A DNA stretch of 64,000 nucleotides from NCBI GenBank assembly GCA_964430885.1, contig CAYSHM010000004.1, forward strand, positions 64,001-128,000, written 5' to 3'. The notes below the pieces were generated by a model. It was not told where the DNA came from, did no database searches, and was given only the letters and a program-made list of their open reading frames with translations. Source of the stretch: an uncultured archaeon (GTDB taxonomy: Archaea; Thermoplasmatota; Penumbrarchaeia; JASLWR01). How positions within the stretch are numbered: position 1 is the first letter of the stretch; every line of letters begins with the position of its first letter. Shown piece after piece: positions 32,563-41,328 of this stretch. The position numbers and the translations under genes are program-made.

Positions 32563-33660
32563 TCACATGTGCTGACGTTCCTGCAGCCACTTTAAAATTT
32601 TAGGATTTCTATCTATTATGATATGGAGTGGGGTGATGAGCCAAGGCAGCATTGATAGGGAACCAGGCCGTTCCCAGACCAGCTCCTTAACTGCCAAATT
32701 AACCTTCAATCGTTTCAGTATCTTTTTTCTCCACAGTTTTTCGTATTTTTTTAGATATGAAAGAGGTAGCTTCTCCGTGATGCATTTTCCGGCAAGACTG
32801 CCCGCGATCTTACCTGCCATCATGGCATTTCTTATGCCTGCGCCTCCAAAGGCATTGACCATGGATGCGGCATCCCCCACAAGCATTAAATTGTCTTTGA
32901 CGGTTATATCCGGCGGCCGTGCTAAGGGCAGAGCCCCCGCACCATAATGATGTTTCTCAGCACCGGGATAATTCCGCTCAATGAAGTTATCCAGTATAGG
33001 TTTTAGATTGCCTCTTTTACCTCCAATGGACCCAAGTCCCACATTAGCTGAATTGTTGCCTTTTGGGAACACCCACGTATATCCTTTAAGACCTTCCCCT
33101 CCCATATATACTATGCATCTATCTCCATCGATTTTATTGGATTTCACCATATATTTTACTGCCACACCCAAATCCTTTTGGGGTATTTTCTTAACTATGC
33201 CAGCGCTCTTCCCTATTGTGCTCTTCACACCGTCGGCGGCAATTACAATCTTTCCTTTGATCCTTTTTCCGTTTTTTAGCTTGACACCGCTTTTATCTCC
33301 ACTTACCACTGTTCTGTTCAATTTAAGGGTTGCTCCACTGTTTACAGCTCTCTCAATAAGATGTTTTTCCAGAATATCACGGTTTAGGATCCCCATTTTG
33401 ATCCCTGTGACATCAAAGGACTTACCATTGGGAAAGATGACCCTTGCGTTCTGGAGTTCTCGGGCAATCCAATCTCCTTTGGGATCAAGTGAGAATTCGT
33501 CAAAGGTGCCCATGGAGGTAAGTTCTCCGCATATGACAGGGACTCCCACATCCTTCCGCCTGTCCAATACAATTACTGAAGCTCCGCTTCGCGCTGCATA
33601 ATCCGCTGCTAAAGCACCGCCGGGACCAGCACCCACCACGATAATATCAAAAGAACTCAT
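32563..33660 (-). CDS. Geranylgeranyl reductase family FAD oxidoreductase
   Basis: VVGAGPGG, CGE, AADG, GYTWVFPK, ANVGLG, VGDAA; true start ATG 33660 after GGAGG (the longer ORF runs into the tRNA). Confidence 0.88.
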   Translation of the reverse strand: MSSFDIIVVGAGPGGALAADYAARSGASVIVLDRRKDVGVPVICGELTSMGTFDEFSLDPKGDWIARELQNARVIFPNGKSFDVTGIKMGILNRDILEKHLIERAVNSGATLKLNRTVVSGDKSGVKLKNGKRIKGKIVIAADGVKSTIGKSAGIVKKIPQKDLGVAVKYMVKSNKIDGDRCIVYMGGEGLKGYTWVFPKGNNSANVGLGSIGGKRGNLKPILDNFIERNYPGAEKHHYGAGALPLARPPDITVKDNLMLVGDAASMVNAFGGAGIRNAMMAGKIAGSLAGKCITEKLPLSYLKKYEKLWRKKILKRLKVNLAVKELVWERPGSLSMLPWLITPLHIIIDRNPKILKWLQERQHM

Positions 33661-33696
33661 AGAACCTCCAGAACATCTTATAGAATAGAAAAACAG

Positions 33697-33770
33697 AGCC
33701 ACCAGAGGGATTCGAACCCTCGACCTGCTGATTACAAGTCAGCCGCTCAACCGGGCTAAGCTATGGTGGC
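33697..33770 (-). tRNA. tRNA-Thr (anticodon UGU), intronless, CCA not encoded
   Basis: Reverse complement GCCACCATAGCTTAGCCCGGTTGAGCGGCTGACTTGTAATCAGCAGGTCGAGGGTTCGAATCCCTCTGGTGGCT: 7-bp acceptor stem, GCTGA/TCAGC anticodon stem, TTCGAAT T-loop, U73 discriminator. Confidence 0.96.
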
Positions 33771-34077
33771 AGTTATGATACCTATGGGAACTATGAACTA
33801 GTATATAATTATTTAACTACAAAAAATTTTCAATTTTCCTCATTAAACAGTAATATCACTGGTCCATTCAGTTTAGGGATATGTGCAGCTTTAAAAAGAA
33901 CTCAAATATAATGGGTACTACACACTTTTATATATTTTATTACCTTTAGCTATAAATTACGGTGTTTGATGCCTGAAATAACACTGTAAATATCAGTGTG
34001 AATAATAGGGCTCAATTACATATTCATATAGTCAATAAAATGGGTCCATTCAAGGCCCCAAAGAGAGTGTGATAGCG

Positions 34078-36795
34078 ATGCCAGCAAGAGGAGGACGGGG
34101 ATCTTTTCCATCAGTAACGTATCAGAGCAACGATGACCTAAAGGAGAAACGCCACAGGTTGCTCTGGAAATATACTGTAAAAAAACCCATTACCTGCGTT
34201 TCAATATCCCAAATTGGTCATCGCGTTGCCATTGGCTCTGAGGATAATTATATCTATTATTTTGATAAGAGAAAGGAATTGATATGGGATTTTAATTGCG
34301 GTTCGAAGGTTCTATCCATCGCTTTGACGGAAAAGGGGAAAAAAATAGTGGTGGGAACCCGCAAAGAACTATTGCTGCTCTCTCAGCAGGGAGGGGTTAT
34401 CTGGAGGAAGAACGTTCTAAACGGGATCAACCATGCTCTCATCACAAGCGACGAAAAGGTGATAGTCGCAGCCTGCGTATCCAAAAAGATATTTTTCTAT
34501 GATATGGAGGGAATCCTTTTTTCACAGTATCACACAGAGGCTGAGGTATCGGTTCTGAAGAGGACCAAAAATGACAGCTATATTGTGGCCGCTTCCATGG
34601 CCACAATTATACTATTCGATAAGACTGGAAGACATCTGTGGAATTATAAGACCAAATGGAACATCAATGCACTTACGATATCCCAATTCGGGGAGTTCAT
34701 AATAAGCGGGGCCATGATGTCTCTCTATTGTTTGAACAAGATACCTGATCTTATCTGGAAGACCACTGGGAAGTCAGTTGGAGATGTGGTTGAGATATCA
34801 CCTGAGAAGAATTATATTGTCAGGGGAGGCCGTGATGGGATAGTATCCTGCTATGATCTCACAGGAGAGGTTTTATGGCAGTACAAGACGGGATCAGTTT
34901 TGGCAACACCGTCAAAACCAGTTACTAGAGGAGTTACTTCCCTAGCGCTCAGTAAAATGGGCCTTTATATAGTCCTGGGTTCTGTAAATAAGAAGGTCAG
35001 TGTCCTATCAAGGGATATGCAGATGATATACCGTTTTGAGTGCGATGATGAGGTATTTGATATTAAGATGTCAGAAGTAGGAGAATCCATGGTTCTCGTA
35101 TCTGGGAGCACTCTATATTTTATGGAAAATATAGGTTTCTATCCTATGCTATTCGATGACGTCCGGGAAAAAGTGAACACTGCTGATGACCACGGTTTGA
35201 ATCTAACAAAGATGGAAAGGCTGTACAAGGCTTCTGAAAATTCCTACAAAAAGAAACAGTATTTGAATGCCTGGACCTATTTGCATTCTGTGCTGAAGGA
35301 AATGGATACCCAGAAAAAACACAGGATAAAGGAACTGCTCCCCCAGGTAACAAAGAAAATGGTTCAGAAATCCAAGGAAGGCCGGGACCTTGAAGAGGTG
35401 AAGAGGTTATTGGCACAGGCCAAACACATCTATAAGGAAGGCAGGTATTATGATGCCATACGGGGATTCCAGCATGTATTGGATGTGATGGAACGCCCGG
35501 TTGAGAGAAAACGGCAACCTGTTCGAAGAATCCCCGAACCTAAACCTGAGCCTGAACCTGAACCTGAACCTGAACCCGAACCCGAACCTGAATCTGCGCC
35601 AGTAAGAGAAGTAATAAGGGAACCTGAGCCTGAACCCGAACCTGAACTCATGCCTATTGATGAAAACGCACGGGTTACCTGTCTTGAAAACATTCAAAGA
35701 TTGGAAAGTGAGATACTGACTCTTCGAAATCAGGGCCTGAACTATGAGCAGGTCGAGGAATTGTTGATGAGGGCCCGGATATTATTAAAGGAAGGAAATC
35801 TTGATGGATGCTTAGGTCTTACCGATCAGGGTTTAGCCATTTCCAACAATCTGGCACAGAGAGGGGAGGAACACAGGGCATTGGAATACCTCAGTAAAGG
35901 CACAGAATGGATCCAGAAAGCAAAAACCATGGGAATTGATGCTGCTGAGCATGAAAGAACCATGGCCCGAGCCGTTAAGGCTTTTGAGCAGGAACTGTAT
36001 GCTGAATGTATCAATTTTATTGATGAACTCGAAGAGGAAATAACCCGGGATATGATGAGAACTTCCCCGGAATATCGAAAGGCTGCCGAAGAGATAGAGA
36101 GTTTATCAAAGGACGTTTCTCGATTAAAAAATGCGGGTATCAATACGGTTATTGTGGAAGATATACTTCTCAAATGCAGATATAATTTGGATTCCAATCC
36201 TGCATTGGTTATGCGCCTTTTAGACGATGCCAGGGACAAGGTGGAGGAACTCCGTTCGGAACATGACGATATATCAATGCGTTTCAAGGAAATGCAGAAA
36301 AAAATAGATGAGATGGGCGAAGAGGGTTATGATATGACAAAGACCCAAAACGCCTATCATGACGGCCTTATTGCTCTGTACAGTGGAGATACAAAAAAAG
36401 CCTTGGCATTTTTGGAGACAGCCAATGAACACCTTCAGAACGTTCTTTCAAGTGGGAAAATGGAAGGTGAAGAAGATCCTTTGGTGTCTTCCCTTAAAGA
36501 GCGTAATAATGAACTTGAGGAACAGATCAAGGAACAGGCAGATAAGATAGAGCGCAAGGAGAGGCAGGTTGAAGAATTGGACATTGTTATTAGAGATTTG
36601 AAGGAAAAGATCAGGGAGATGGAGGAATCACAGCCCAAGCTCAAAGATTGTCCTGATTGTAATAATCAGCTTCCGGAGGGAAACATTTTCTGCGGCAAAT
36701 GCGGTCATGAGTTCGAAAGGCTCTGTCCAGAATGCAGTTCCAAGGTACCCAAAGGGTTCCAATTTTGCGGCAAATGTGGCCACAGAATGATCTGA
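34078..36795 (+). CDS. Cytoplasmic WD40/PQQ-like beta-propeller + helical repeats + (PE)n linker + coiled coil + double zinc ribbon protein
   Basis: About 8 blades (LLWKY, LIWDF, VIWRK, HLWNY, LIWKT, VLWQY...), GxDxxxxxxLLxxA helical units, CPDC..CGKC..CPEC..CGKC; no signal peptide; ORF open from 34069. Confidence 0.85.
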   Translation: MPARGGRGSFPSVTYQSNDDLKEKRHRLLWKYTVKKPITCVSISQIGHRVAIGSEDNYIYYFDKRKELIWDFNCGSKVLSIALTEKGKKIVVGTRKELLLLSQQGGVIWRKNVLNGINHALITSDEKVIVAACVSKKIFFYDMEGILFSQYHTEAEVSVLKRTKNDSYIVAASMATIILFDKTGRHLWNYKTKWNINALTISQFGEFIISGAMMSLYCLNKIPDLIWKTTGKSVGDVVEISPEKNYIVRGGRDGIVSCYDLTGEVLWQYKTGSVLATPSKPVTRGVTSLALSKMGLYIVLGSVNKKVSVLSRDMQMIYRFECDDEVFDIKMSEVGESMVLVSGSTLYFMENIGFYPMLFDDVREKVNTADDHGLNLTKMERLYKASENSYKKKQYLNAWTYLHSVLKEMDTQKKHRIKELLPQVTKKMVQKSKEGRDLEEVKRLLAQAKHIYKEGRYYDAIRGFQHVLDVMERPVERKRQPVRRIPEPKPEPEPEPEPEPEPEPESAPVREVIREPEPEPEPELMPIDENARVTCLENIQRLESEILTLRNQGLNYEQVEELLMRARILLKEGNLDGCLGLTDQGLAISNNLAQRGEEHRALEYLSKGTEWIQKAKTMGIDAAEHERTMARAVKAFEQELYAECINFIDELEEEITRDMMRTSPEYRKAAEEIESLSKDVSRLKNAGINTVIVEDILLKCRYNLDSNPALVMRLLDDARDKVEELRSEHDDISMRFKEMQKKIDEMGEEGYDMTKTQNAYHDGLIALYSGDTKKALAFLETANEHLQNVLSSGKMEGEEDPLVSSLKERNNELEEQIKEQADKIERKERQVEELDIVIRDLKEKIREMEESQPKLKDCPDCNNQLPEGNIFCGKCGHEFERLCPECSSKVPKGFQFCGKCGHRMI
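35533..35646 (+). repeat. Hexanucleotide CC(T/C)GA(A/G) coding microsatellite giving (Pro-Glu)n, two blocks
   Basis: cccgaacctaaacctgagcctgaacctgaacctgaa... at 35533-35592 and 35620-35646. Confidence 0.9.
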
Positions 36796-36849
36796 TCAAA
36801 TAGAATCTTGACAATTTGAGGTGAATGCCGCAGCAGTATTAAGTCTTCG

Positions 36850-37776
36850 TTAAATTCTACACCCCTGAAGAGACGATTTCTCCTCAAAGGGTTCGATGTG
36901 AATAGAGAGGAGAAGCTTATTTCTGAATTTCGTTTTCAACCTATTTTCCACTCTGTTAGCGATGGCATGTCCCCTTCTCACACTCAGCTCACCCATTACT
37001 AGAATATGAACATCAAGAGCAATCTCATCTCCTATTCTGCGTGTCCTCAATTTATGCGCATCCTTAACTCCCTTTGTTGCGATTATTATTTTCATGATCT
37101 CTGAATTGGTTGAACTGTTTAGAGATTTCTCAAGTAACTGAGGAATGCACTCTTTCAGTATTTTGACTGCCGCGGCAAGGATGATTATTGAAACCACTAA
37201 ACCCGCGATGGGGTCAAGTATTACCCAACTGCCGCCAAGCAATAAGGCACCACCGATGCCAAGGACGGCGGCCATGCTTGATAATGAATCGGTCCGATGA
37301 TGCCAGGCATTGGCTTTAAGCAGGCTGCTGTTTATCTGTTCAGCCTTTCTGATATTATATTGATATAGTGATTCCTTTATGCCTATGGATAGGAGTGCAA
37401 TGGCAAGAGTTATCCATCCAGGTCTTGTAAACTCCGAACCGCGGGAAAGTATGTAGAAATCTGTGGCGCATTTTACAGCGATCCCCAGCGATATTCCAAT
37501 CAGTATCATCCCTATCATAAAGGATACAAAGGTCTCATATTTCCCATGTCCGTAATTATGAGTCCTATCCGAAGGCTTGCGGGATTTTTTAAAACCCATG
37601 AAAACCCCGATATCCGAGCCCAGATCGGAAAGTGAATGGAAACCATCGGCGACCAGAGCACTGCTGCCTCCAAGCAGACCGCCAGAAAGTTTCATCAAGG
37701 TAAGTCCTATGTTCACCAGAAAGGATGTCTTGGCTGCTTGGATACCTATATTGCTCCTTTCTACCTCTTTTTTCAT
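36850..37776 (-). CDS. Cation diffusion facilitator (FieF/MamM-like) transporter
   Basis: ALVADGFHSLSD, HNYGHGKYE, ANAWHHRTD, DPIAG, HKLRTR, DVHI, HIEP. Confidence 0.93.
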   Translation of the reverse strand: MKKEVERSNIGIQAAKTSFLVNIGLTLMKLSGGLLGGSSALVADGFHSLSDLGSDIGVFMGFKKSRKPSDRTHNYGHGKYETFVSFMIGMILIGISLGIAVKCATDFYILSRGSEFTRPGWITLAIALLSIGIKESLYQYNIRKAEQINSSLLKANAWHHRTDSLSSMAAVLGIGGALLLGGSWVILDPIAGLVVSIIILAAAVKILKECIPQLLEKSLNSSTNSEIMKIIIATKGVKDAHKLRTRRIGDEIALDVHILVMGELSVRRGHAIANRVENRLKTKFRNKLLLSIHIEPFEEKSSLQGCRI

Positions 37777-37942
37777 GGAAATTCACCCCCAATGATCTGA
37801 TTATGACCACCATAGAATTGCAGGTTTTAAATACCGCGGAAGGACAAGAGTCTTATTAGAATTTGGAGTGTGAGATGTCACAATGTAATAGTTTGACGAA
37901 AACTGGCGGAGCAATATGGAAGCCAAAGACAGCACTAAGTAC

Positions 37943-38707
37943 CTAAAATACCCTTGAAGTTTTCTCAGGTGTGATACCTTTCTCAGGTGTGATACTGTAG
38001 GTCATTATGGCGGCTTTACCGGGGTGGTTCCTCACCTTTCTTACTATCAACCTTGTCTCATAATCGGAACCGATCTGTTCGATGTTCATCTCAATGACAA
38101 TATCAGAAATGGAATCCAGTGCATTCTCAACTTCGCGGGTTTGGGTGCCAGCCATGATGGTAATGAGTGCAATACCCTTGTTATAATAGGTGTGTGCCTT
38201 TATGGTCCTCACAGAGGAAAGAACTCTATTTTTAGGATAGTTCTCAAGAAAGAAATCCAGTGAATCCACCACAACCCTGAATGGAGGATTTAGATCCGCC
38301 ACCCGGTAGGTCATATCCAGAAGAAAGTCGATTGCTTCTCTTTCCTCGGATTTCGTAGCTTCGATCAATTTCAAGATGTCAGATACCGTAAGACCGTCCC
38401 TTTTCAATCGAGATACTTCCAATTCTCTGGCTAGAACCTTATCGAAGTACGCTGAAGCGATATCAATGATATCCAGATTAGTTCTCCAATTGTACTGTTT
38501 CAATAATCTAACAACATCTTCCAGTCTCTCATCCGTGGAAAAATAAAGAACATCTTCCATTGGTTCTGCACCGGATACGAACTGCTTTGCGAAAAGATCC
38601 ATTCCTGAACCTGGCATACCCTTGACCAAGATCGTGGAACCATGGGGAACCCCGCCATCTATCAGTATCGAGTCCAATTTTGGAATACCTATACTCGCGC
38701 TTGGCAT
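37943..38707 (-). CDS. RAD55/KaiC-like ATPase paralogue with a degenerate Walker A
   Basis: GIPKLDSIL..GGVP, GMPGSGMD (Lys replaced by Met), VVVDSLD, RLIVRKVRN. Confidence 0.85.
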   Translation of the reverse strand: MPSASIGIPKLDSILIDGGVPHGSTILVKGMPGSGMDLFAKQFVSGAEPMEDVLYFSTDERLEDVVRLLKQYNWRTNLDIIDIASAYFDKVLARELEVSRLKRDGLTVSDILKLIEATKSEEREAIDFLLDMTYRVADLNPPFRVVVDSLDFFLENYPKNRVLSSVRTIKAHTYYNKGIALITIMAGTQTREVENALDSISDIVIEMNIEQIGSDYETRLIVRKVRNHPGKAAIMTYSITPEKGITPEKTSRVF

Positions 38708-38719
38708 ATCATTTCCCTC

Positions 38720-39292
38720 CTATTGCTTTCTTAGATCCACTGTTTCATCGCAGTTAAGCCTAAGCATCTCCTCCATCTCACCATCCAGTTCATGACCTAT
38801 GGATAATAGAATGGCAAATATGTCCCTTGACCTCAATCGATTGATGAAGACGTGAAGGAACTCTTTTAAAATTCTTTTTTTGTTATAAATGGATAATACA
38901 TTTACTGAATCCAGAAGGACAAAGCTTTTTGGTGTTCGGATCTGCCTATAAGCCCAGTCCACCTTAAGAAGGATGGTTTCCAGGACCGTAGGGCTCTCCA
39001 GATTGACAACATTGTCGGATATTACTCCTTTACCTCCTACTGTATAGGATATGCAATCGATGAAGTAAATATCCGCCATTGGGACCTTCTCAGCCCTGAG
39101 TTTGCTCATAATTGCCCTTGCTGGTCGGGTTATTGTGATATAACTGCCTCCCATTTCTCTCTGTTCAGTGGTATGTATCATGGCATTTGTTATGGCGGGA
39201 AGATACATGGTTGTGTCCACGAACAATGCAGATATTGAATATTCAGGCATGAGATTATATTGTTCCATAAATTGCTCATCAAAGAGGCTCAT
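38720..39292 (-). CDS. Inactive RecA/KaiC-fold single-domain protein
   Basis: YITITRP, IYFIDCIS, VLLDSVNVLSIYN, CDETVDL; no P-loop. Confidence 0.7.
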   Translation of the reverse strand: MSLFDEQFMEQYNLMPEYSISALFVDTTMYLPAITNAMIHTTEQREMGGSYITITRPARAIMSKLRAEKVPMADIYFIDCISYTVGGKGVISDNVVNLESPTVLETILLKVDWAYRQIRTPKSFVLLDSVNVLSIYNKKRILKEFLHVFINRLRSRDIFAILLSIGHELDGEMEEMLRLNCDETVDLRKQ

Positions 39293-40039
39293 TTAATCAC
39301 CCATAGTACCCCATTTTAATATCGGAACCATCAACATACCTTCAGATGTCAGGTCCATTACATATTTCGCTCTTGAATGGGCAGCCCCTCTCATCTTTAT
39401 TATCTGGAGGGTTCTGACCAGATCGCCCATTCTATACAGGTCCTCAAGAAGAAGAATTCCATCCGCTACGGCTTCTTCAGTCTCATATCCGGAATGCCTA
39501 CCCTTTCCAGCGTCCAATTCCGACACCATAAGGGTCGTTACGTCCAGCTCTGAGAATTTTCTAGAGATGTTGAAAAGAAATTCTCTCATAGTGGTCTGCT
39601 GTCCCATTCTGGATGAGATTGCGGTTATGGAATCTACTACCGCTCTTTTGATGTTTAGGGCCCTAACAGTATCCACAAGCGCCCATAGAAGAGTGGCTAC
39701 ATCCTCTATAGCTCCATCCTTGCCCAGTAGTCCAAGCCTTTTGTAGAGCTTGGCCACATCTATGATGAATAATTTGTTCTCTTCAAGGTAGGATTCTGAA
39801 AAGAAGGAAAAAGCCCTCATGTTTTCCAGAAGTTTTTCAAAGGGTTCGGTCAGTGAGAAATAAACCCCATTTTCACCCCTGGCAGCACCGTAGGATAGGA
39901 ACTCGATGCCCAGAGTAGTCTTACCTGTGCCGCAGGCACCGGAGAGTAACACAACATTACCCCTTGGAAGTCCGCCGTTCAAAGCGGCATCTAATCCATC
40001 AATTCCTACAACACATCTTTTTCTTATTTCCATCAGCAA
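39293..40039 (-). CDS. RAD55/KaiC-like ATPase (intact)
   Basis: GIDGLDAALNGGLP, GACGTGKTT Walker A, AVVDSIT Walker B, EEAVADG, IIKMRG. Confidence 0.92.
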   Translation of the reverse strand: MLMEIRKRCVVGIDGLDAALNGGLPRGNVVLLSGACGTGKTTLGIEFLSYGAARGENGVYFSLTEPFEKLLENMRAFSFFSESYLEENKLFIIDVAKLYKRLGLLGKDGAIEDVATLLWALVDTVRALNIKRAVVDSITAISSRMGQQTTMREFLFNISRKFSELDVTTLMVSELDAGKGRHSGYETEEAVADGILLLEDLYRMGDLVRTLQIIKMRGAAHSRAKYVMDLTSEGMLMVPILKWGTMGD

Positions 40040-40341
40040 CTTGATAGCACCTGATAATTTAAAAGTTTAACTATTTTAGAATGGAATGAAATAATAAAAT
40101 GGCAGTACATTCGATGTTTTAGGACAATTAATTAAAAATTAACACTAGGAATACTTTTGATAATTTTTCCAAGAATACTAGTTGCTTCATCACTAATAAC
40201 TGCAATCTTCGGGAAAAATTGCATGACCGCAGCAAAGTGAAGATTTTGAACCAATAATCACTTGATATGATCGCCAAAGGTTATGTCTTCGACTATAAAA
40301 GGGCATAATTATTTATTATTTAATCACTGATAATAAATCTC

Positions 40342-40938
40342 ATGGTCTGGGGTTTCAAAAAGGAGAATAATTTTTATAAAAGGGTAATGAAAAATATAAA
40401 AATGGTGAGAGAACAGGGTGAATCCCCTCGTGTGGATGTTACCTCTATTGACTCAATGGATCACTATTTATGTGACATATGCCAATCGTCCATAATCCGT
40501 TCAGACCTGATACAATGTTCCTTTTGCGGCAGATGGGTCTGCAGGTCAAAATGTCTAATAATGGAGAACGTAGCGTGTATGAACTGTTATGCAGTGATAA
40601 AACTAATGCGGGAATCCGATCAGCGCCAAAAGAATACAGCATCACGGAAGAGAATTCCGAAAAGGACAGTTATCAAGGATAAACACAATGCTCGTCTTCA
40701 GAAGAAACGGACGGATATTGAAAAGAAACGGCAGATAAAAGAACTGGAATTGGAAGAGAAAAGAATTGAATATGAGCACAAAAAACAGGTAGCGAAGCTG
40801 AAGAAAGAACTGGATGAAGTTAAATCGAATAAAAGCAGCAAATCTGGACCGCAATCTGATGAAATTGAGGGAAAAGGAGCAGATAAAGGAATATTATCGG
40901 CTTTGAAGAAAATTAAAAAAATGAAGGATGAAACCTAA
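40342..40938 (+). CDS. Cys8 zinc-finger plus coiled-coil protein
   Basis: CDIC-x11-CSFC-x4-C-x3-C-x7-CMNC followed by a K/E-rich coiled coil. Confidence 0.75.
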   Translation: MVWGFKKENNFYKRVMKNIKMVREQGESPRVDVTSIDSMDHYLCDICQSSIIRSDLIQCSFCGRWVCRSKCLIMENVACMNCYAVIKLMRESDQRQKNTASRKRIPKRTVIKDKHNARLQKKRTDIEKKRQIKELELEEKRIEYEHKKQVAKLKKELDEVKSNKSSKSGPQSDEIEGKGADKGILSALKKIKKMKDET

Positions 40939-41008
40939 AAATCAGCGATATTGTTTTTATGATTTATATTTAGAAGTAATTATATTTTGACCTACGCAGG
41001 TGATACAT

Positions 41009-41224
41009 ATGGATAAATTGAACGCCCTAGCAGTTGAATTAGGATGGATAGATAGGCTGAATCGTGCCTATGCTTACACGAATCCGCCTAAACCACGGCG
41101 CAGGCGGAGAATGATAATAATTATTCTATTTGCTTTTGTTCTTGGAATGGGCTGCGCATCAACAATTTTCTGGTGGGATTCTTTATCCACTTTCTTTTCA
41201 GAAATCGGTAATTACTTTACTTAA
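41009..41224 (+). CDS. Small single-TM membrane protein
   Basis: AGGTGA SD, PPKPRRRRR followed by a hydrophobic helix (ORF open from 41000). Confidence 0.6.
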   Translation: MDKLNALAVELGWIDRLNRAYAYTNPPKPRRRRRMIIIILFAFVLGMGCASTIFWWDSLSTFFSEIGNYFT

Positions 41225-41328
41225 GCCGAATATCACCCCATATATCATCGGTCCGATTAATCATAGGTCATTTGGTTTTTATTGATAACTAATATTAATT
41301 ATAATTATTTAATTATAAATTTGGAGGA

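Noticed and set aside
32981-33601. 206-aa plus-strand ORF
   Set aside because: Antisense shadow of the GGR gene
33661-33702. N-terminal extension MALFFYSIRCSGGS of the GGR ORF
   Set aside because: Overlaps the tRNA 3' end; the SD-supported ATG is at 33660
33697-33770. tRNA-Thr as an integration site for a genomic island
   Set aside because: No duplicate of the tRNA 3' end and no integrase seen in the window
35407-35697. Antisense ORFs with (GS)n and (RF)n repeats
   Set aside because: Reverse-frame readings of the (PE)n microsatellite
37961-37995. Perfect 17-nt direct repeat (period 18) near the end of the RAD55 paralogue
   Set aside because: Two copies only, in frame (ITPEK-G-ITPEK); a small coding duplication with no sign of being a target-site duplication or array
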